Positions 1-7,323 of a stretch of 64,000 nucleotides of DNA are shown here, piece by piece (within the stretch, counting starts at the first letter, position 1; each line of letters opens with the position of its first letter). A program made the translations under genes and the position numbers. The DNA is taken from positions 142,315 through 206,314 of the forward strand of contig JBAXIO010000002.1 of NCBI GenBank assembly GCA_037138335.1, written 5' to 3'. The notes below the pieces were generated by a model. That model did no database searches. It was not told the origin of the DNA and worked only from the letters and a program-made list of their open reading frames with translations. Source of the stretch: Bacteroidota bacterium. GTDB taxonomy: Bacteria > Bacteroidota > Bacteroidia > Bacteroidales > FEN-979.

Positions 1-38
1 TCATGGCTTCCCAGGTATATATCTTGGCTTTTACAATT

Positions 39-1082
39 TTAAGCTTTCCCATCTTCTGACCGTTTAATAGATAAAAGTAATAAAGAAACACCACCCACAA
101 CAAGGATCATCAGTGTTTGGGCTGTCCATGCGATCCAGCCAAGCGCCAGGCCGGTAGGTTTGGCGATTCCATAAAGAAGAAGCGTTTCCTGCACAATGGC
201 AGGATACAGACCAATGCCCCCGGGAGTGATCATGATGCCAACGCTGCCGAGGACCAGCGACGAAAGTCCCGCACCCGGGCCGAGGCCCGATGTTTCGCTA
301 AAACAAAAGAAAATAACATAAAGCATGAAAAAATAAAGCACCCAGATCATGACTGAATAGAATACGAAAAGACCGGGTTTCCTCACCTGGCTGAGAGATT
401 TCAGACCTTCCCAAAATCCAATCACGAGGGTTTTTAGCTTCAGGTAAGTTTTTGATGCAAGTAATCTCTTCCTGATGGCTAACCATAATACGATAATGAA
501 TAAAGCCAGGCCGCCAAGCGAAAGAAAAATCATGCGGGAATAATGCAGGGTCCCGAATTTTGCCACCATCTTGGGATAAATATTCTGATCGAGATAATCT
601 TTAATGGTTCCAAGCTGGGTGAAAAACATCAGGAGGAACAACAGGAAAAAAATCAGCATGTCAATAGCCCTTTCGGTAACAACAGTTCCCAATGCTTTCT
701 GGAAGGGAACCTTTTCATACTTCGACATGATCCCGCATCGGGTCACCTCTCCAAGCCTCGGGAAGGCCATGTTGGCAAAATAACCTACCATCACCGCGTA
801 AAATGTTGTTTTTAGTTTGGGCTTAAATCCCATAGGCTCAAAAAACAAGATCCAGCGCGCCGAACGCAGTATATGGCTAAAAATGCCTAACACAATAGCC
901 AGGCCTACCCAGTAATAGTTTGCAGTACGAAAGGAATGAAGGATCTGCGCCCTTTCTTCGGCTGTAAGGTCTTTAAGTGAAAGCCATATGATGAACAATC
1001 CCAATCCAAGAAAAAAAGAAAACTTCAAAGCGGTAATTATCTTCTTCGCTGGGGAGGAAGCCCCGGTTACAGTCTTCGTCAT
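39..1082 (-). CDS. Polytopic membrane protein, LPG-synthase-TM / flippase-like (UPF0104) type
   Basis: 347-aa ATG-initiated ORF with about eight hydrophobic helices. Segments 'SHILRSARWILFF' and 'PRLGEVTRCG' resemble PF03706-type proteins. Family assignment is from memory, not a search. Confidence 0.55.
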   Translation of the reverse strand: MTKTVTGASSPAKKIITALKFSFFLGLGLFIIWLSLKDLTAEERAQILHSFRTANYYWVGLAIVLGIFSHILRSARWILFFEPMGFKPKLKTTFYAVMVGYFANMAFPRLGEVTRCGIMSKYEKVPFQKALGTVVTERAIDMLIFFLLFLLMFFTQLGTIKDYLDQNIYPKMVAKFGTLHYSRMIFLSLGGLALFIIVLWLAIRKRLLASKTYLKLKTLVIGFWEGLKSLSQVRKPGLFVFYSVMIWVLYFFMLYVIFFCFSETSGLGPGAGLSSLVLGSVGIMITPGGIGLYPAIVQETLLLYGIAKPTGLALGWIAWTAQTLMILVVGGVSLLLLSIKRSEDGKA

Positions 1083-1085
1083 TTA

Positions 1086-1451
1086 TTAATCCTTTTTACC
1101 TGAAGATAGCCTGTTCTTCTCGTCAGGAAACGCCATCGAAGGCCTGAACTTCTTTGCCTGGTCAAAATCCATGGTGGCGTATGACACGATAATAACCATG
1201 TCGCCTTTCAGGAATTTACGGGCAGCAGCGCCGTTCAGACAAATTACCCCACTGCCTTTTCTGCCTTTAATGACATATGTTTCTATACGCTCACCGTTGT
1301 TTATATTCAGCACCTGAACTTTTTCAAATTCAATCAGGTTTGCCTCCTTCATTAATTTTTCATCAATGGTAATGCTGCCAACATAGTTGATGTTGGCATC
1401 CGTAACCGTGGCGCGATGAATCTTGGATTTAAGTACTTCAATCTGCATCAT
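1086..1451 (-). CDS. panD: Aspartate 1-decarboxylase (pyruvoyl-dependent)
   Basis: 121 aa. '[24 protein letters not shown]' contains the Gly-Ser self-processing site. 'CLNGAAAR' block present. Adjacent to panC. Confidence 0.92.
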   Translation of the reverse strand: MMQIEVLKSKIHRATVTDANINYVGSITIDEKLMKEANLIEFEKVQVLNINNGERIETYVIKGRKGSGVICLNGAAARKFLKGDMVIIVSYATMDFDQAKKFRPSMAFPDEKNRLSSGKKD

Positions 1452-1460
1452 GCCGCAAAA

Positions 1461-2312
1461 TTACAAAAAAAGTTCAACATTGTCTATCAGCCTCACATCC
1501 CCCAGAAAGACCGCAGTAAGGGCGACCAGCTGGTTTTTATGTCCCCAGGCCTCTACCGGCATCAGTGTCTCACGGTCGGCTATCTCGAAATATTCAACCC
1601 TGAACCTTGAATCCTCCTGGATTTTTTTTATAGCCCATTCCTTGAGTTCCCATACAGGGGTTTTGGTCCCTTTTTCCCTTACTTTGCACAGCACTTCAAA
1701 AATCCTCCGGGCAACCTGCCTTTCGCCTATGGTAAGCATGAGGTTTCTCGAACTCATTGCCAGTCCGTCATCTTCCCTTACCGTTTCACAGCCGATGATG
1801 TTTAACGGCAATCCAAGAGATGCCTGCATATGTTTAATGATCATCAGTTGCTGGTAGTCTTTCTTGCCAAAGTAAGCATTGGAAGGCCCGATGATATCAA
1901 AAAGCGTCTTAACCACGGTCACCACCCCTTTGAAATGCCCCGGGCGAAATTTCCCTTCCATGACCTTGTCGAGCATCCCGTATTCCAGGTCCACCTGATC
2001 CTGTTTGCCATTGGGGTACATCTCTTCAACTGAAGGGCAAAACATCATATTGCATCCGTGGCTTTTTAACAGTCGGGCATCCAGGGATAAGTTCCTCGGG
2101 TATTTGGCAAGGTCTTCGGGATTGTTAAACTGGATGGGGTTAACAAAAACGCTGCATACTGTAACGTCATTTTCGGCCCTTGACTGGCCGATAAGCCTGA
2201 AGTGCCCGTCATGCAATGCCCCCATGGTAGGAACGAACCCGATCTTCAGGTTCTTTTTCTGGTACGGTTTTAGCCAGAGTTTAGCCTCTTTGATCGTCGT
2301 GATCTCTTTCAT
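1461..2312 (-). CDS. panC: Pantoate--beta-alanine ligase
   Basis: 283 aa with the PanC blocks 'GFVPTMGALHDGHFRLI', 'VFVNPIQFNNPEDL', 'GKKDYQQL' and 'AMSSRN'. Confidence 0.92.
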   Translation of the reverse strand: MKEITTIKEAKLWLKPYQKKNLKIGFVPTMGALHDGHFRLIGQSRAENDVTVCSVFVNPIQFNNPEDLAKYPRNLSLDARLLKSHGCNMMFCPSVEEMYPNGKQDQVDLEYGMLDKVMEGKFRPGHFKGVVTVVKTLFDIIGPSNAYFGKKDYQQLMIIKHMQASLGLPLNIIGCETVREDDGLAMSSRNLMLTIGERQVARRIFEVLCKVREKGTKTPVWELKEWAIKKIQEDSRFRVEYFEIADRETLMPVEAWGHKNQLVALTAVFLGDVRLIDNVELFL

Positions 2313-2321
2313 CTTCAGTAT

Positions 2322-2981
2322 TTACAGGTTGATTAGTTTATTGCGGATTGCAAATTTCACCATTTCGACCGGTGACCGTATCCCGAGTTTTTTCATGATA
2401 TGGTTCTTATGCGTTTCAACCGTGCGAACAGAGATATTAAGTTTTACACCTATTTCCTTGTTGTTGAATCCCTCTGCATAAAGCCTGAGGATCTCCAGTT
2501 CCCTGGATGAAAGGTTGTACGCAGGTTTCTCCTGCTGATCCTCCTTCTCAACCGCTGACCGGATAAAACTTTTAAGCAGTATCTTGGATATGGTTTCCCC
2601 AAAGAATTCCTCACCCCTGAATATCGCATAAATGGCCTTGACCAGCTCATCCCTTGAGGTGTTTTTAGGAAGGTAGCCTTTTGCACCTGATTTGATCGCC
2701 CCGGTCACAAAATCTTCATGGGTATACATTGACAGGATGAGCACCCTGATCTGGGGGTATTCATGCCTAAGCCGTTTTGTTATCTCTATACCCGAGACAT
2801 CGGGCAGGGAGATATCCAGCACAATGATATCGGGTTGTACTATTTTCAGTTTCTCAAACAGGCTTTTGCCCGTGGAAGCTTCCCCGATGATAGAGATATC
2901 GGGGATGGAAGTCAGCAGGGCCTTTAACCCGTCACGCACCAGGTCGTGGTCCTCAACAAGAAATATCTTAATCGTTTCCAT
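2322..2981 (-). CDS. Response regulator, NarL/LuxR family
   Basis: 219 aa. Receiver domain ('IFLVEDHDLVRDGL', 'DIIVLDISLPDVSG', 'GYLPK') plus LuxR-type HTH ('LSSRELEILRLYAEGFNNKEIGVKLNISVRTVETHKNHIMKKLG'). Its ATG directly abuts the kinase stop codon. Confidence 0.88.
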   Translation of the reverse strand: METIKIFLVEDHDLVRDGLKALLTSIPDISIIGEASTGKSLFEKLKIVQPDIIVLDISLPDVSGIEITKRLRHEYPQIRVLILSMYTHEDFVTGAIKSGAKGYLPKNTSRDELVKAIYAIFRGEEFFGETISKILLKSFIRSAVEKEDQQEKPAYNLSSRELEILRLYAEGFNNKEIGVKLNISVRTVETHKNHIMKKLGIRSPVEMVKFAIRNKLINL

Positions 2982-3647
2982 TTACAGGTACCTTGGAACT
3001 TTAATCTGTATCAGGGTCCCTTTTCCCGTTGCCGAATTAAGGTCGATCAGCCCGCCCAGCAGTTTCACCCTTTCCTGCATATTATGAAGGCCGTGCCCTC
3101 CCTGGCTTCCCGAGTCATGGGGCCTGAATCCCTTGCCGTTATCCTGTATGCTGAGGTAGATAAAATCATGGTCGTTCATCAGTTTGATATAGGCCTGGTC
3201 GGCATTCGAATGTTTAATGATGTTGTTAAGGGCTTCCTGAACTATACGGTAAAGATACGTCTGTATTTTTTTATTCCATTCATCGGTACTCACTTTATGT
3301 TCGAATTTGATCCTGACCGATGAATGCCTGCCCGTATCCTCGCATAAATTGAACAGGGCGATCACAAGCCCGAATTCCTCGAGTACAGGCGGCATCAGGT
3401 CGGTGGTGATCCGCCTTATTTCATCAACGATCTGGTCGAACTGCCTTTTGATGCCTTCCAGCTGGGGTTTTATCTCCTTTTCGGGTATATAGCTGAGGCT
3501 TTCAAGTTTCATCTTGATGGCAACCATCGACTGCCCTATACCGTCGTGCAGTTCCCTCGACAAACGCTGGCGTTCAAGTTCCTGCCCGTCGATCACCGAC
3601 AGTATGTGCGACATTCTTGACTTTTTGTTACTTTTGGGGACGGCCAT
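2982..3647 (-). CDS. Sensor-less histidine kinase (HisKA_3 + HATPase_c only)
   Basis: H-box 'ERQRLSRELHDGIGQSM'. ATPase boxes 'EALNNIIKHSNA', 'DNGKGF', 'GHGLHNMQERV'. The ORF-track start at 3674 is TTG; the first ATG is at 3647 (alternative 3614). No hydrophobic or recognisable input domain. Confidence 0.78.
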   Translation of the reverse strand: MAVPKSNKKSRMSHILSVIDGQELERQRLSRELHDGIGQSMVAIKMKLESLSYIPEKEIKPQLEGIKRQFDQIVDEIRRITTDLMPPVLEEFGLVIALFNLCEDTGRHSSVRIKFEHKVSTDEWNKKIQTYLYRIVQEALNNIIKHSNADQAYIKLMNDHDFIYLSIQDNGKGFRPHDSGSQGGHGLHNMQERVKLLGGLIDLNSATGKGTLIQIKVPRYL

Positions 3648-3694
3648 AGGGTTAAAAAAACGTAGAGGCCACAAAGGTAAAAAAATAGCATCTC

Positions 3695-6088
3695 ATGAAT
3701 TTGCGAAAATATCCAGGCCTCCTGGCATTGATTTTATGTGCCAGCCAGCTTTTTTCACAGGAAAAGACGGTTACATACTACCAGGATCCCGCATCCTTTC
3801 CGCCCGATCTTATTGTTACATTAAAACATGTGAAGGCTGAAGTAAGTTTTAAACCTGCCGAGAACCTGGTTATAGGTAACGCCGAACTTACTATTGTGGC
3901 CAACCGTTATCATACCGATTCAATCAGCATATACACCCCCGATTTCAATATCGGTAAAGTCATTTTGATGACTGTGGATGAGGGAGCCCAAAAACCCGGG
4001 GCCGGAAACGCGGGCAAGCAGACATCCGCCCTAATCCCGATAAAATGGAAGCTGGTAGGACCTAACCTGGTGATCACTCCCGCTACGGGACCTTCATTCC
4101 TCAGTAAAGGCAAAACGTATATCATCAGCATTTCCTACCAGGCCAAGCCCCAGGCCGGCCCAATCTATTTTATAGGCTGGAGGCCCGAAGAAGAAGGGAA
4201 ACGCAGGATAATCTGGGCCCACCGTCCGCATAACTGGCTGCCTTATATAGAAGCCAGGGTTACTAGCGACATGTTCTTTACTTTTGACGGCAGGTACAAG
4301 ATATTCTCAAATGGCGAACGCCTCGGAGTCATCTCAAATGCCGACGGTACAAAGACCTGGCATTATGCCATGCGAAAAGACCATCCTTATTTTTCCACCT
4401 CCCTGGTCATAGGCGATTACGAGTATCAGGCTTCGGTGACAAAAAGAGGGGTCCCGCTTGAATACTGGTATTATCCGGGTATGGCCGACAGGGTAAAGGT
4501 TACCTACAAATACACCGAAAAGATGTTCGACTTCCTTGAAAAGGAGATCGGCGTGAATTATCCTTACGCCCAGTACCGGGAAGCCCCGCTCATCGATTAT
4601 ATGTACGGGGGCATGGAGACTACCACATCCACTGTTTTCGGCGATTTTATGCTTATTGACCCCCATGCATGGTGGCAGAGGAATTATGTGAATGTCAACG
4701 TACATGAACTGGCCCACCAGTGGTTTGGCGACGGGATAGCCCACCTGGTCAACAGGGACGTATGGCTTACCGAAAGCTTCGCCACCTATTTTGCAAAGAT
4801 GTTTGAACGCTCCGTATATGGTGAGGAACAGTATGAAAATATCAGGAACGACGAGATGAACATGGCTTTTGAGGCTGCGAAAAAAAATGATTACCCTGTG
4901 GGTGGCAGCCAGGGCGGGGTCCAGAGGATCTACCAGAAAGGATCCCTGGTCATGGATATGCTCAGGGACGTGATGGGGGAAAAGGAGTTCCATGATGCTG
5001 TCAACCTGTATGCCTCGAAGTATATGTACCGTTATGCCCAGGCCTGCGATTTTATGCGTTGTGTATATGATGCAACTGGAAAGCCTTACACATGGTTTTT
5101 CGATGAATGGATACTGAGGGGAGGTGAACCTTTTTACAAGGTCAGTTATGCTTCGAAGGAAGATTCCCTTGGCAGGCCGCTAACCGAGGTGAGCGTGGAG
5201 CAGACCTTGGAGGTGACTGAGCTGAGGCCTTTGTTCAGGATGCCTGTCGGGATCAGGGTTTACTATAAAAACGGCTTATGCGACAGTCTCACGGCCTGGA
5301 TAGAAAAAAAGGAGCAAAAGATCAGCATCCCGAACCCTGCGAAAGCCGACATAGATTTTGTGCTGTTTGATCCCGGCCGCAGGATACTGAAAAAACTCAG
5401 TTTTGAACGATCATACGGGGAGCTGGCGTCCCAGCTGATGAGGGCTCCTCATATGATTGACAGGTATGATGCGCTCCAGGAATTACGCAATATCCCGCTG
5501 GAAAAAAAGAAGGAAGTGCTAATAGTGGCGTATGGTAAAAACCAGTTTCACCTGATACGTTCGGCTATACTGGAGCAGTTCCCGAAAGACCGGTCGGAAG
5601 AAGTTGTGGCCCTCTTCAGGCAGGCGCTTCACGACAGGGATGCCAATGTAAGGAAGTCGGCGCTTATAGTCCTGGATACCGTACCCCCCTCGCTTCGACA
5701 GGATGTTGAAGCTCTCCTGGCCGACTCTTCCTACCTGAATATTCAGTTTGCACTGGAACGCCTCTGCTCTTCTTTCCCGGCCGGGCAGGACCATTATCTT
5801 GATCTGACAAAGGAAATGGAAGGCTGGAGGGGTAAGAATATCAGGATGGCCTGGCTTGAGATTGCCATCCGCAGTGGAAAATATGAATATCTTAAAGAAC
5901 TTATCCCTTACACCGGACCCAAATACGAGTTCGAGACCCGAATGAATGCTTTTTCGGCCCTTCAGAAGCTCAAATACATGGACCCGATTACAGTAGAGAA
6001 TGCAAAATCCGCCGCAAAACACTGGAATTCCAAACTGGCAAATGCGGGGAAAGCTTACCTGGTTTTTTTTAAGATCGAGCAACCATGA
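3695..6088 (+). CDS. Secreted M1-family zinc aminopeptidase with C-terminal helical repeats
   Basis: 797 aa with an N-terminal signal peptide. 'GGMETTT' (GxMEN-type) motif and 'HELAH-x18-E' zinc site ('HELAHQWFGD...WLTESFATY'). Confidence 0.87.
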   Translation: MNLRKYPGLLALILCASQLFSQEKTVTYYQDPASFPPDLIVTLKHVKAEVSFKPAENLVIGNAELTIVANRYHTDSISIYTPDFNIGKVILMTVDEGAQKPGAGNAGKQTSALIPIKWKLVGPNLVITPATGPSFLSKGKTYIISISYQAKPQAGPIYFIGWRPEEEGKRRIIWAHRPHNWLPYIEARVTSDMFFTFDGRYKIFSNGERLGVISNADGTKTWHYAMRKDHPYFSTSLVIGDYEYQASVTKRGVPLEYWYYPGMADRVKVTYKYTEKMFDFLEKEIGVNYPYAQYREAPLIDYMYGGMETTTSTVFGDFMLIDPHAWWQRNYVNVNVHELAHQWFGDGIAHLVNRDVWLTESFATYFAKMFERSVYGEEQYENIRNDEMNMAFEAAKKNDYPVGGSQGGVQRIYQKGSLVMDMLRDVMGEKEFHDAVNLYASKYMYRYAQACDFMRCVYDATGKPYTWFFDEWILRGGEPFYKVSYASKEDSLGRPLTEVSVEQTLEVTELRPLFRMPVGIRVYYKNGLCDSLTAWIEKKEQKISIPNPAKADIDFVLFDPGRRILKKLSFERSYGELASQLMRAPHMIDRYDALQELRNIPLEKKKEVLIVAYGKNQFHLIRSAILEQFPKDRSEEVVALFRQALHDRDANVRKSALIVLDTVPPSLRQDVEALLADSSYLNIQFALERLCSSFPAGQDHYLDLTKEMEGWRGKNIRMAWLEIAIRSGKYEYLKELIPYTGPKYEFETRMNAFSALQKLKYMDPITVENAKSAAKHWNSKLANAGKAYLVFFKIEQP

Positions 6089-7260
6089 AAGCCCGGATCT
6101 TAACCAGGACCATTTTACTGGTTTCATTTGTAAGCCTGTTTACCGATGTGGCATCAGAGATGCTTTACCCTGTGATGCCTGTTTACCTGAGGTCCATCGG
6201 GTTTTCGGTTCTGTTAATAGGCATCCTTGAAGGGATTGCCGAGGCGGTGGCAGGCTTAAGCAAGGGGTATTTCGGGCAGAGTTCCGACAGCCTGCAAAAA
6301 AGGCTGCCTTTTGTGAGGGCTGGTTACAGCCTCAGTGCGCTTTCAAAGCCCATGATGGCAGTACTGACCTGGCCCTGGTGGATCTTCCTTGCCCGGACGA
6401 TGGACAGGCTCGGCAAGGGCATACGTACAGGCGCGAGGGATGCCATCTTAAGCGATGAGACCACGCCTGAGCATAAGGGAAAGGTTTTCGGGTTTCACAG
6501 GAGCATGGATACGGTGGGGGCTGCTATCGGTCCTTTTCTGGCCCTTGTCTACCTTTGGTTTTATCCCGGGGAATATAAAATGCTGTTTCTGCTGGCATTT
6601 TTTCCCGGGCTGATCGCGATCGGGCTTACTTTCTTCCTGAAGGAGAAGAAGCCAGAAGTTAAAGCTTCTGTTGCCAGGCCGGGTTTTCTTTCATACCTGA
6701 AATACTGGAACCGTTCGGCAGTTTCTTACCGTTACCTTGTCGCAGGCATGCTGTTATTCACTTTATTCAATAGCTCCGATGCCTTTCTGTTACTGGCCAT
6801 AAAGGAAAAGCATGTCTCCGATTCGGGGATGATTTCAATGTATATTTTTTACAACCTGGTATACGCTTTGGCCTCGTATCCTCTGGGTATACTTGCCGAC
6901 AGGATAGGCTTGAAGACCATGCTGGTATGCGGCTTATTTTTATTTGCCGGGGTTTACCTGAATTTTGGCTTTGCTGCCTCAGTTACCGGTTTCCTTTTAC
7001 TATTCTTTTTTTATGGGGTTTATGCTGCAAGCACTGAAGGGATATCCAAGGCCCTGATAAGCAATATTGCTGTGAAGACAGATACAGCAACCGCGATTGG
7101 GTTTTACACGAGTTTCGCCAGTGTTTTTTCTCTTCTCTCGAGCAGCATTGCCGGGGTGTTATGGTTTACCCTTGGGATGAAGATGATGTTTATGGTCTCC
7201 GGGGCCGGGGTTCTTCTGGTAGGGATCTATTTCCTTATTATCAGGAAGAAGCTGGGGTAG
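6085..7260 (+). CDS. MFS transporter
   Basis: 391 aa with 10-12 hydrophobic helices arranged in two halves. ATGA start/stop overlap with the upstream peptidase gene. Confidence 0.7.
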   Translation: MKARILTRTILLVSFVSLFTDVASEMLYPVMPVYLRSIGFSVLLIGILEGIAEAVAGLSKGYFGQSSDSLQKRLPFVRAGYSLSALSKPMMAVLTWPWWIFLARTMDRLGKGIRTGARDAILSDETTPEHKGKVFGFHRSMDTVGAAIGPFLALVYLWFYPGEYKMLFLLAFFPGLIAIGLTFFLKEKKPEVKASVARPGFLSYLKYWNRSAVSYRYLVAGMLLFTLFNSSDAFLLLAIKEKHVSDSGMISMYIFYNLVYALASYPLGILADRIGLKTMLVCGLFLFAGVYLNFGFAASVTGFLLLFFFYGVYAASTEGISKALISNIAVKTDTATAIGFYTSFASVFSLLSSSIAGVLWFTLGMKMMFMVSGAGVLLVGIYFLIIRKKLG

Positions 7261-7266
7261 AGAAAA

Positions 7267-7300
7267 ATGCGGCCGCAACGGGTTCCCGCTGCGGCCGCAT
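7267..7300. terminator. GC-rich hairpin between convergent genes (likely intrinsic terminator, best fit for the minus-strand gene)
   Basis: 'ATGCGGCCGCAACGGG-TT-CCCGCTGCGGCCGCAT' forms a 16-bp stem with one mismatch. On the minus strand it is followed by TTTTTCT. It lies between the stops at 7260 (+) and 7324 (-). Confidence 0.55.
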
Positions 7301-7323
7301 AAGTTTATCACGATCAAATTCTG

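Noticed and set aside
1-38. Possible 3' end of another minus-strand gene at the left window edge.
   Set aside because: Only 38 nt are available. No reading frame or motif can be supported.
4334-4993. Long antisense ORFs inside well-supported genes (4334-4993, 5519-6127, 13033-13578, 14112-14642, 45254-45673, 45848-46291, 49323-50042, 51576-51983).
   Set aside because: Each overlaps a CDS that has diagnostic catalytic motifs. None has a recognisable motif or an independent promoter/terminator context.
7267-7300. Two GCGGCCGC (NotI) octamers in one hairpin, considered as a cloning scar or engineered junction.
   Set aside because: The two sites are simply the two arms of a GC-rich stem located exactly between convergent stop codons. 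This is the expected place for a natural terminator. The flanking sequence is continuous native-looking DNA.
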